Below, one piece after another: positions 17,479 through 24,895 of a stretch of 32,000 nucleotides of DNA. Source of the stretch: an uncultured Nitrososphaerota archaeon (GTDB taxonomy: Archaea > Korarchaeota > Korarchaeia > Korarchaeales > Korarchaeaceae); assembly GCA_964480775.1 (NCBI GenBank), contig CAYZRF010000011.1, forward strand, positions 30,001-62,000, written 5' to 3'. The translations under genes and the position numbers were made by a program. Each line of letters starts with the position of its first letter. The stretch's first letter is position 1. The notes under the pieces were generated by a model. That model did not search any database. It had not been told where the DNA came from and worked only from the letters and a program-made list of their open reading frames with translations.

Positions 17479-17535
17479 TTTGCCTATAGCGCACTTATTA
17501 CAAATAATTCTGAGAGATTTTAGTGAAGATTCTTG

Positions 17536-17540
17536 AAAAA
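17536..17540 (-). terminator. Oligo-T (T5) tract 7 nt downstream of the tRNA 3' end
   Basis: The minus strand reads ...G(discriminator)CACUCACUUUUUCAAGA. Oligo-T tracts are the usual archaeal termination signal. Confidence 0.45.
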
Positions 17541-17547
17541 GTGAGTG

Positions 17548-17640
17548 CGGGCCCGGCGGGATTCGAACCCGCGACTTCCGGGTGTCTTCGCGCTTTTTTA
17601 CTTAAAAGCCCGGCGCTCTACCATGCTGAGCTACGGGCCC
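17548..17640 (-). tRNA. tRNA-Lys (anticodon UUU) with 19-nt intron at canonical 37/38 position; CCA not encoded
   Basis: Manual fold of the 93-nt transcript. Acceptor GGGCCCG/CGGGCCC. D arm GCUC-AGCAUGGUA-GAGC. Anticodon stem CCGGG/CCCGG with loop CUUUUAA interrupted by AGUAAAAAAGCGCGAAGAC. Variable loop AAGUC. T arm GCGGG-UUCGAAU-CCCGC. Discriminator G. TATA-like AAAATTTATG (17673-17664) ends 23 nt upstream of position 1. Confidence 0.85.
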
Positions 17641-17774
17641 ATCAACTTCTATGCATGGCAGTACATAAATTTTGGCGTTTTTGATAACAACAAGGTGCGC
17701 TCATTTGATTGTTATGTAAATCCTTTTTAATAATGAAATTATCCAAGCATGATTCAAACTATTGGGAGATTAAA

Positions 17775-18284
17775 ATGCAGAGACGACGAGGTATAGGAGA
17801 CAAGGAGATTAAAGTTTTGAGAATGTTAGTGGAGGACGGTAGGATAACTTATACTGGCATAGCGAAGAAATTAGGAATGAGTCCAGCAGGAGTGATGAAA
17901 AAAGTCCGAAAACTAGAGGAATTTGGGATTATCAAGGGATACACAGCGATTGTAGACCATGCCAAACTCAGAAAACCCTATAAATACATCATTATGGTGA
18001 AGACAGAGCCCGGAAAACACCTTGATGTCGCTAAATCTATTCTAAAGAGCATGAGAGAGAGCGTTTTAGAGGTACACACGATAACAGGGCCCTATGACGT
18101 CATAATAAAGCTTCTTGCAGGTAACAGTGAAGAACTAAATGAACTTCTAAAGAAGCTTCATGGAATTGATGGTGTGAGGGAGACAAATACCTCTCTAATA
18201 CTGGAAACAATCGAAGAGAGACCTTCTGTAGTACCAGAGGACGTTAAACTTCCAATTCTAACAAGAGAATCCAAGGAAGAATAG
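17775..18284 (+). CDS. Lrp/AsnC family transcriptional regulator
   Basis: HTH IKVLRMLVEDGRITYTGIAKKLGMSPAGVMKKVRKLEEFGIIKGY followed by a RAM/ACT-like domain (IIMVKTEPG...VHTITGPYDVIIKL). I prefer ATG at 17775 (GGGAGAT SD, TATA-like TTTTTAATAA at 17724-17733) over the track's upstream start at 17709. Confidence 0.85.
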   Translation: MQRRRGIGDKEIKVLRMLVEDGRITYTGIAKKLGMSPAGVMKKVRKLEEFGIIKGYTAIVDHAKLRKPYKYIIMVKTEPGKHLDVAKSILKSMRESVLEVHTITGPYDVIIKLLAGNSEELNELLKKLHGIDGVRETNTSLILETIEERPSVVPEDVKLPILTRESKEE

Positions 18285-18298
18285 GGATTTTACGTTTT

Positions 18299-19279
18299 TT
18301 ATAAGAAAATCCAGTTTCTTCCAAGCGGAGCAGCTTTGACACCTAACTTCATCCTAAGATAGGATGTAAAGTCATTATAAAACCCAAAAACAGTGTAGAC
18401 TCTTTTAGCTTTGGATTTCTCGACAATCTCTAGAAGCCCATCAAAGTCGGCGTGTGAACTAAGTGGAAAGGCTCGATGAACCCTTTTTGGTCTTAAAATA
18501 AGAGCCCACCCAGTTGCTATGGCGAGTTTGCTCTCCTCAAGCATGACGTTAGAACAAGGACCCTTCACAACTACAGCCTTTGTATCCTGCTCCTCCTGAA
18601 GTTCCTCATACCTTAGTGGGAAGACTGGTTGGCACGCAGCGTTCATCCTGGCCACCTCTCGAGTAACTAAAACCTTGATTTTCGTGGTTTTGTTCAGAAG
18701 TGCTATAACTTCCTGCGCCTTTCCTAAGGGATAAACCGAGAACACAGGTATTGATCCTTCTGAAACTACGGAAAGAGCCCATTCAACCATCTTGGCTCTA
18801 ACCAAATCCTGATCTGGAAACCTGAACTTAGGGTTGCCGTAAGTCGACTCTATTATTAAGACATCAGCTTCTGGAACGTCAGCTGGACCCTCAACGGCCA
18901 AACCTCCCTTTGGGTTCACGTCACCCGTATATAGGACTCTGAGATCACCTTTCTCCAGTAAGAACATGGCGGAACCAGGCACATGTCCTGCTACGAAGGG
19001 AGTTACCCTGATATTCCCTACCTCTATCTCCTTTCCGAAATCAGAGGTTGCTAAAAATTCCTCAGGAGCTCTAAAGACGGATTTTAACGCCTTTCTGGTG
19101 ATCGAGGTTGTTATGAGTTCTGATTTCGGCTTTTTTACGTCTCTTGGGACGTGATCAGAGTGAGCGTGGGTTATTAAGGTTGGTACTCCTTGAAGAGTCC
19201 TTTTTGGATCCATGATAAGGCTAGATCCATCTGAAACCTCTATTCCGTTGTTCCATCTAATTTTCATACTTGTGGTCAT
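18299..19279 (-). CDS. Compact metallo-beta-lactamase / beta-CASP-like hydrolase
   Basis: 326 aa. MBL motifs THAHSDH, GHVPGSA, YTGDV. Beta-CASP-type motifs IIESTYG, PVFSVYPLGKAQEVIALL and C-terminal LSSHAD. Confidence 0.75.
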   Translation of the reverse strand: MTTSMKIRWNNGIEVSDGSSLIMDPKRTLQGVPTLITHAHSDHVPRDVKKPKSELITTSITRKALKSVFRAPEEFLATSDFGKEIEVGNIRVTPFVAGHVPGSAMFLLEKGDLRVLYTGDVNPKGGLAVEGPADVPEADVLIIESTYGNPKFRFPDQDLVRAKMVEWALSVVSEGSIPVFSVYPLGKAQEVIALLNKTTKIKVLVTREVARMNAACQPVFPLRYEELQEEQDTKAVVVKGPCSNVMLEESKLAIATGWALILRPKRVHRAFPLSSHADFDGLLEIVEKSKAKRVYTVFGFYNDFTSYLRMKLGVKAAPLGRNWIFL

Positions 19280-19332
19280 CCATATCTCAATATTTTTATT
19301 CCTTCTGTTCTAGCTCCAGCACGGGGAACATC

Positions 19333-19500
19333 ATGAGCAAGAGGAAGAGGAGAAGGGAATTTATGCCGATGTCCACAGCTGGTATTCTAACATTCAGCCA
19401 AGAGAGTTCTGAAGGACTGCTGGTGCCCAAGTGGTTTCCTGTAGCTCTAGCAGCGTCCTTTGGTGTAGCTGTAATAATCCTTCATCTTATTATGGCTTGA
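19333..19500 (+). CDS. secG: Preprotein translocase subunit Sec61-beta (archaeal SecG)
   Basis: 55 aa from the internal ATG at 19333. Basic N-terminus MSKRKRRR, STAGILTFSQE..GLLVPKWF motif and a single C-terminal TM (VALAASFGVAVIILHLI), matching Sec61-beta architecture. TATA-like AATATTTTTATT about 35 nt upstream. Confidence 0.7.
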   Translation: MSKRKRRREFMPMSTAGILTFSQESSEGLLVPKWFPVALAASFGVAVIILHLIMA

Positions 19501-19509
19501 GGTGAGCCC

Positions 19510-19806
19510 TTGCTTATATCAGAAGCTGAAAAGATAATCAAAGATACTTACGAAAGGCGAGATAGGAGTAGAGGAATCCCCTTAACTTTTCTTCACTTTG
19601 TAGAGGAAGTTGGGGAACTTGCAAGGTCCTTAAGGAATAGAAACAAAGAAGAGATTGGTAGGGAGCTTGCAGATGTCTTTGCATGGCTCCTGAGCGTTTC
19701 TTATCTCCTTGAAATAGATCTAGAGAAGGAGTTCGTACGGTTCTACGGACAAGGTTGCCCTAAGTGCGGAAGTATCCCTTGCAAATGTCCTCCTTTGGAG
19801 GGGTAA
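19510..19806 (+). CDS. MazG-like nucleotide pyrophosphohydrolase domain protein with C-terminal Cys cluster
   Basis: 98 aa. TTG start 4 nt after GAGGTGA. EEVGELARSL...ELADVFAWLLSVS matches the MazG EExxE/D helix pair. C-terminal CPKCGSIPCKC. Confidence 0.72.
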   Translation: MLISEAEKIIKDTYERRDRSRGIPLTFLHFVEEVGELARSLRNRNKEEIGRELADVFAWLLSVSYLLEIDLEKEFVRFYGQGCPKCGSIPCKCPPLEG

Positions 19807-19812
19807 GACAAT

Positions 19813-20379
19813 ATGAAATTTCTCAAATTTCCTCTTGATGAGACTCTTCCGGCAGCTATAAAGTTGGCATCTATGGTAAAGGAAAGCGGTTTTGCTCCAG
19901 ACATCATAATAGCAATAAGTAGGGGAGGACTTGTCTTAGGAAGGCTATTAAGTGATCTTCTTAATGTCTCCGACCTAAGAACAATCAGGATAAGAAGGTA
20001 CAGTGGAATAGGGGAAACGGAAGAGTTGAGAATAGATATACCTGTATTGGAGAGATTAGACGGAAAAAACGTGCTAGTGGTCGACGACGTGGCAGATATG
20101 GGAGATACATTGCAAGCTGCAATCGAACATGTGGAGCAGCAAGGAGCGAAGGAAGTTAAGAGCTTGACGATCCACTACAAGCCATGGTCAAAGGTGATGC
20201 CAGACTTTTTTATCCAGAAAACTGAAAGCTGGGTAGTGTACTGGTGGGAGTATGCCGAAACTGCTAGATCGCTTTTCAATAAGCTATCAGAAGAGTCTGA
20301 CAAACCAGAACTCCTTAAGAAACTTGAAAAAGAAGCTGGCATTCCAAAGGAGGTGATGCGTTGGCTGGGACTAGGATAA
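19813..20379 (+). CDS. Purine phosphoribosyltransferase (HGPRT/XPRT-like)
   Basis: 188 aa. PRPP-binding motif VLVVDDVADMGDTL. ISRGGL loop. Confidence 0.85.
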   Translation: MKFLKFPLDETLPAAIKLASMVKESGFAPDIIIAISRGGLVLGRLLSDLLNVSDLRTIRIRRYSGIGETEELRIDIPVLERLDGKNVLVVDDVADMGDTLQAAIEHVEQQGAKEVKSLTIHYKPWSKVMPDFFIQKTESWVVYWWEYAETARSLFNKLSEESDKPELLKKLEKEAGIPKEVMRWLGLG

Positions 20380-21905
20380 ACACTCACACGGTCTTCCAGA
20401 ACGTCATGGAGATAGCCCAAAGAAGAGGGTTCTTTTGGCCAGCTGCAAGGGATCTGTACTCCGAAGCTCCAGCTGGATTCTGGATCTATGGGCCTCTAGG
20501 CATTAAAATTAAGAATAAGATTGTCCAAGCCTGGAGAGACTGGATACTGAAGCCAGAAGGAGCCCACGAAATTGAAACACCATCCCTTCTTCCCTTAACG
20601 ATCTTCAGGGCTTCAGGACACTTGGAACACTTCTTTGATAAGCTGGTTGAGTGCAATCAATGTCACACAAGGTGGAGAGCTGACGAATTGCTAGAGGACA
20701 AGCTGAGCACGCGAGGTCTTGAGGCAGTCTCTGAGCAGGAACTAAAGAAACTCCTTATCGAGCACGAAGTGAGATGCCCCAGATGCGGGGCTCTCAATTG
20801 GTCCGATGTCAAGAGATTCAACTTGATGTTCCTAACTGCTGCAGGAGCAGAGACAGAGGAGCCAAACATGGGTCTTAGGCCCGAGACCACTCAGGGAAGC
20901 GCCGTAGAATTTAGAAGATGTTACATGGTGATGCGAGGAAAGCTGCCCTTCATCATAGCTCAACTTGGACATGTGTTCAGAAATGAGATAAGCCCAAGAA
21001 GAGGCTTAATACGAATGAGAGAGTTTCAACAGCTGGAGGTTCACGTTTTCTTTGATCCAGAGGACATGTCTTCGTACGACAAGAAGCTTGAGCCTTATTT
21101 AGATTACAAGATTAGGTTCTTGAAGTTAGATGATGCTGATACTGGAAAGATAAAGGAGATACCCGCAAGAGAGGCGCTTGAGAGTGGATACACAATAAAC
21201 GAACTTATCACATACTGGTTGGTTCTTTATCAGAGGTTCTTCAACGAAGTACTTGGATTTCCTTTGGAGAGGCTAAGGTACAGGGAGCTTGGACCTGATG
21301 AAAGGGCTCATTATGCTTCGGCTCATTGGGATCTAGAAATATATTCTGAAGAAATAGGCTGGGTGGAACTCGTGAATAACGCCTACAGGACAGATTACGA
21401 TCTGAAGGGTCATGCTAGGGAAAGTGGCGTTGATTTGGCGGTTCAAACCAATGGAAAAAAGGTTCTTCCCCACCTGTATGAGCCTTCGATTGGTCTAGAT
21501 AGGACCATTTTCTTCGAACTCCTCCTCTCATACAGGAAGGACGACAGGGTTTGGATGCAATTGCCCAAAAACATCGTTCCTTTTGATGTAGCGGTGTTCC
21601 CGTTATTATCGAAAGGCGAATTGATGAATAAGGCTAGAGAGGTAGAAAAGCTCCTTTCAATGAATTTTGACGTTTTTTATGATGATAAGGGATCTATAGG
21701 AAGGAGATACAGAAGAATGGACGAGATAGGAACGCCAGCATGTATTACAATAGACTATCAGACGTTGGAAGACGAAACTGTGACGATAAGAGATAGGGAT
21801 TCAATGCAGCAGATTAGAGTTGAAATAAAGAGGCTACCTAAGATCCTAAGGGAGTTTCTCTCAGGAGCAAAGTTAGAAAAACTGGGAGAACTGATCAATC
21901 AGTAA
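20361..21905 (+). CDS. glyS: Glycine--tRNA ligase (archaeal/eukaryotic-type class II)
   Basis: AQRRGFFWP...YGPLG N-terminal signature, class II motifs (FRNEISPRRGLIRMREFQQLE), a CxxC...CxxC insertion and a C-terminal anticodon-binding domain. TTG at 20361 lies 7 nt after GGAGG of GGAGGTGAT and keeps the helix that precedes RRGF. The alternative ATG at 20406 has no SD. Confidence 0.9.
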   Translation: MAGTRINTHTVFQNVMEIAQRRGFFWPAARDLYSEAPAGFWIYGPLGIKIKNKIVQAWRDWILKPEGAHEIETPSLLPLTIFRASGHLEHFFDKLVECNQCHTRWRADELLEDKLSTRGLEAVSEQELKKLLIEHEVRCPRCGALNWSDVKRFNLMFLTAAGAETEEPNMGLRPETTQGSAVEFRRCYMVMRGKLPFIIAQLGHVFRNEISPRRGLIRMREFQQLEVHVFFDPEDMSSYDKKLEPYLDYKIRFLKLDDADTGKIKEIPAREALESGYTINELITYWLVLYQRFFNEVLGFPLERLRYRELGPDERAHYASAHWDLEIYSEEIGWVELVNNAYRTDYDLKGHARESGVDLAVQTNGKKVLPHLYEPSIGLDRTIFFELLLSYRKDDRVWMQLPKNIVPFDVAVFPLLSKGELMNKAREVEKLLSMNFDVFYDDKGSIGRRYRRMDEIGTPACITIDYQTLEDETVTIRDRDSMQQIRVEIKRLPKILREFLSGAKLEKLGELINQ

Positions 21906-21920
21906 CTTTGGCAGGGAAGT

Positions 21921-22862
21921 TTGATGAAGAAAGTCATTATCACCCATAAGGATGTAGACGGTATTGCCAGTGGAGCCATAGTCTTAAGGACAATTGGAGA
22001 TGCCAGGATAAGGTTTGCAAGTCCCAGATCTATTGCTAGAGTACTCTCTCATATCCCTGAAAGCAACGGTGAAATATACATGTTAGACATAGCTGTAAAT
22101 TCTTCTACACTTCACGAAATAGCAAAAGAGCTATCTAGACTCAAGAAAAGCGGTAGAAAAATTGTGTGGATAGACCATCATCCCTGGCCAAGGGAAGCAA
22201 TTGAGCTGTTAGGTAAATATGTAGACGAACTCATCGTAAAACCAAGTCCCAGCGCTGCAAGCCTTGTGAAGGAGATCTTTGCTCCAGATGACCCGATTTG
22301 TGAGAAGATAGCCGAGATAGGGGACGACGCAGACACTGGCAAGTATGAAATGAATCTCTCAAATGAATGTTACTGGGTGGCAAGAGATCCCGGAAGACGT
22401 GTTTATTTACTTAAAACCCTAGCTGAAGGCAATTTCGGAGATGAAAGGATAAAAGAATGGGCAAAGGAGCAGAAAGAAAAAGATCAGAAGATTTTGGAGA
22501 AAATGATAAGCGAAGCTGTCGAGATAAGATTCACCAAATCTGGTAAAAAGTACGCCTTCATAGACCTGAGGCCGAAAGGAGGACCAGGCACAGCTATAGC
22601 AAGGGAACTAGCGAGGAAGAAAGGAATAGATTTCTCCTTAGTTCTCTACTCATGCGATGGAGGTTTTGGCCTGTATAGGGGAAAGGGTGAAGTGAGACTA
22701 AAGGGAATATGTGAGCGCTATAGAGGAGGAGGACATGAATACGCTTGTGGAGGAAGGCTAGAATTTAATTTCATTGAAAGAATTCTCTGTGCTATATTTG
22801 GAAGGAGATACAGGCCGAAAAAGGTAAAAAATCTCATTAGAGAGGTAGAAGAAAAAATCTAA
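21921..22862 (+). CDS. DHH/DHHA1 family phosphoesterase (NrnA-like)
   Basis: 313 aa. Motifs HKDVDGIASG, DIAV, WIDHHPW (DHH), and DHHA1 GGGHEYACGG. Confidence 0.8.
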   Translation: MMKKVIITHKDVDGIASGAIVLRTIGDARIRFASPRSIARVLSHIPESNGEIYMLDIAVNSSTLHEIAKELSRLKKSGRKIVWIDHHPWPREAIELLGKYVDELIVKPSPSAASLVKEIFAPDDPICEKIAEIGDDADTGKYEMNLSNECYWVARDPGRRVYLLKTLAEGNFGDERIKEWAKEQKEKDQKILEKMISEAVEIRFTKSGKKYAFIDLRPKGGPGTAIARELARKKGIDFSLVLYSCDGGFGLYRGKGEVRLKGICERYRGGGHEYACGGRLEFNFIERILCAIFGRRYRPKKVKNLIREVEEKI

Positions 22863-22864
22863 AC

Positions 22865-23662
22865 TCAAAAATATTGTTCAAGATCCGTCCTTTTCGTAAC
22901 TCTCTGGATCACAATTTCCCTCCAAAGCGGAAATGAGACGTTCACCACATCAACATTCCACAAATTTGCCTTTTTGCTTCCATTGTGAGCATGCGCATGA
23001 ATTACTAGGTCAGGTCTTGTCACCTCAATCACCTTTTCATAACCTCTATGACCAAGCTGGGGCCAGATGCTCCTAAACTCCCCATATAAGGTTTTGAAGG
23101 TGGGCGCGTAGTGCATTAGCAAGATCTTAATGTCAGCATCGAGTTCCTGAAGGAGTTTCCTTACTTTTTTAATTCTAGCCTCGTAAACCTCCTTTATTCC
23201 CGGCATATGTTTTTCCTGCCAGGTTGTGGGCTGTTCAAGGCTGCCTTTTGAACCCACTATTCCCAAACTTAGCCCGTTTATTTCAAGCTTAACAGATTCG
23301 TCGTCTAAAAAGGTAATAATATCGCTAAATTCATCCTTCAGCCTATCATGAGTCTCTTCGTACTCCTCATTTCCAAATATGGCAAAAATTCTCCTGCATT
23401 CTAGCTGAGAAATAGCTTCGATAGTAGGTGAATACCACCTCATGTTCCCCTTGTTAATAAGATCGCCAGCCAACATGATGATATCAGGTCTTACTGTAAC
23501 TCTTTTTACTGCTTCCTTTAGGTGATCAAGATACTTTGGTGAGTGAATATCTGCGGTCGCTGCGATGGTAAGAGTTTTTTCATTTGATATACTCCTCAAC
23601 TCACTACCAAGAAAGGTAATATGAGAAAACTTAAAAGGGGATTTAAGCCCCTTGCTTTCCAT
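22865..23662 (-). CDS. Calcineurin-like metallophosphoesterase
   Basis: 265 aa. Motifs ATADIHSP, LAGDLINKG, GNEEY, MHYAP, HAHAHNG. Confidence 0.8.
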   Translation of the reverse strand: MESKGLKSPFKFSHITFLGSELRSISNEKTLTIAATADIHSPKYLDHLKEAVKRVTVRPDIIMLAGDLINKGNMRWYSPTIEAISQLECRRIFAIFGNEEYEETHDRLKDEFSDIITFLDDESVKLEINGLSLGIVGSKGSLEQPTTWQEKHMPGIKEVYEARIKKVRKLLQELDADIKILLMHYAPTFKTLYGEFRSIWPQLGHRGYEKVIEVTRPDLVIHAHAHNGSKKANLWNVDVVNVSFPLWREIVIQRVTKRTDLEQYF

Positions 23663-23671
23663 TGATGAACC

Positions 23672-23887
23672 TTGCCCAACATAGTCTGTCCATCTTGTAG
23701 TGAATTAATCTATATGGAAGAAGATGATTATGATGGCGAGATGACCTGTCCTTCCTGCGGAGCACTCCTCTACGTCGTGATAACAGGGCAACTGGTTGAG
23801 AGAGTGGAATTGTTGGGCGAGGGTTTTGAAGGAGAAGAATGGGAAGAAGACTTAGAAACTTGGACGGAAAAAGAGGAGGAGTGGTGA
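23672..23887 (+). CDS. LysW-like zinc-ribbon protein with long acidic Trp-containing tail (amino-group carrier protein homolog?)
   Basis: 71 aa from TTG at 23672. CPSC-16 aa-CPSCGALLYVV reproduces the CPxC-16-CxxCGAxLxVV layout I recall for LysW. Tail GEGFEGEEWEEDLETWTEKEEEW. No SD seen, and the start lies only 9 nt from the divergent phosphoesterase start, so the exact start and expression are uncertain. Confidence 0.45.
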   Translation: MPNIVCPSCSELIYMEEDDYDGEMTCPSCGALLYVVITGQLVERVELLGEGFEGEEWEEDLETWTEKEEEW

Positions 23888-23899
23888 GGGCAGAAACCC

Positions 23900-24895
23900 T
23901 CAAATATTCTTTGCTCTCTTTAAGATGATTTCCCAGTTTTCGTCAACGAGTTCTTGGAACTTCTCTACCATCCACTTGTTCTCTGGAAGCATCATGTGTC
24001 TGAATCTTCCCTGGAGCTTTAGATATTCATCAACAGGCTTCTTCCTATCTGGATTCTTCGCTATGGTGAGGCTAGGTCCTGTCAAGTACCATTCTGAATT
24101 TATCACTTCATATAACGGGAAGAAACAGGTTTCAACTGCAAGCTTGGATAGTTTAATTGTGTCTTTAGTATCGGTCCTCCATCCCCTCGGGCAAACCCCA
24201 TAGGCGTGGATAAATGCTGGTCCTTCCGTTTCAAAGCCTTTGCGGAACTTCTTTACGGCATCTACCCAGTAAGCAGGGGACACCGTAGCTGCATAGGGGA
24301 TTCTATGTGCAACAACTATATCGACGATTGGCTTCTTCGTGAGAGGTTTTCCTTTAATTTTGCTTCCTACTGGGGTGGTTGTCGTCCATGCTCCAAAGGG
24401 AGTACCTCCGCTCCTCTGGATACCTGTGTTCATGTAGGCCTCGTTATCGTACAGAACATAAAGGAAGTTGTGCCACCTTTCTAACGCTCCTGAAAGAGCT
24501 TGGAGACCTATGTCATATGTTCCACCATCTCCAGCTAGAGCTAACACGTCGTAATCAACGCTGATGTCCTTAGATTCTGAAAACCTACCAGCCCTCTGCA
24601 ACTTATTCCTACCTGCATCAATACCCGCAGCAACCGCAGCAGCATTCTCAAATGCCACATGTATCCAAGGAACTCTCCAAGCGGTGTACGGAAATATTGT
24701 TGTTACTACTTCCATACAGCCCGTTGCATTTGCAATTACAATGGGTTTTCTTCTTGCCATCATGATCTGTCTCAAGACGATGGCACAGCCGCAACCTGCG
24801 CAGGCCCTATGACCTGGTAGGATTCCGGGATCTTCCTTCATGAATTTAGGAAGCTGTTTAATGTTAGGAACAAATCCTTTGGCCATTTGCTTCAC
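23900..24895 (-). CDS. porB: Pyruvate/2-oxoacid:ferredoxin oxidoreductase, beta (TPP-binding) subunit
   Basis: 331 aa. GHRACAGCGC motif, GDGG TPP-binding motif (ALAGDGGTYDIG), NEAYMNTG. Overlaps the alpha gene by 4 nt. POR versus VOR/other substrate cannot be decided by eye. Confidence 0.9.
   Translation of the reverse strand: MKQMAKGFVPNIKQLPKFMKEDPGILPGHRACAGCGCAIVLRQIMMARRKPIVIANATGCMEVVTTIFPYTAWRVPWIHVAFENAAAVAAGIDAGRNKLQRAGRFSESKDISVDYDVLALAGDGGTYDIGLQALSGALERWHNFLYVLYDNEAYMNTGIQRSGGTPFGAWTTTTPVGSKIKGKPLTKKPIVDIVVAHRIPYAATVSPAYWVDAVKKFRKGFETEGPAFIHAYGVCPRGWRTDTKDTIKLSKLAVETCFFPLYEVINSEWYLTGPSLTIAKNPDRKKPVDEYLKLQGRFRHMMLPENKWMVEKFQELVDENWEIILKRAKNI

Noticed and set aside
17439-17482. CUGAUGA...CUGA / CUGAUGAG...GAAA on the plus strand, resembling a C/D box sRNA or a hammerhead ribozyme core
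   Set aside because: For a C/D sRNA, the spacing from UGAUGA to the first CUGA is 21 nt rather than 12, and no C' box lies 12 nt upstream of the second CUGA (17510-17513). For a hammerhead, the bases following CUGAUGA (GCUC) have no complement immediately before GAAA, so stem II cannot form. It is kept only as a plain hairpin.
17545-17730. 61-aa ORF MRARRDSNPRLPG...
   Set aside because: It is the antisense translation of the tRNA-Lys gene and its promoter region. The DSNP peptide is the classic signature of reading a tRNA T-arm (GGTTCGAATCC) on the opposite strand.
19270-19332. N-terminal 21-aa extension of the secG ORF in the track (MWSSISQYFYSFCSSSSTGNI)
   Set aside because: The extension overlaps the start of the divergent MBL gene and contains the TATA-like element. 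The internal ATG at 19333 yields a 55-aa protein with canonical Sec61-beta length and layout.
23475-23560. AUGAUGA-12nt-CUGU on the plus strand, resembling the 5' half of a C/D sRNA
   Set aside because: It lies inside, and antisense to, the metallophosphoesterase CDS. D' is imperfect, and no C' box or CUGA D box occurs at the required 12-nt spacing downstream.
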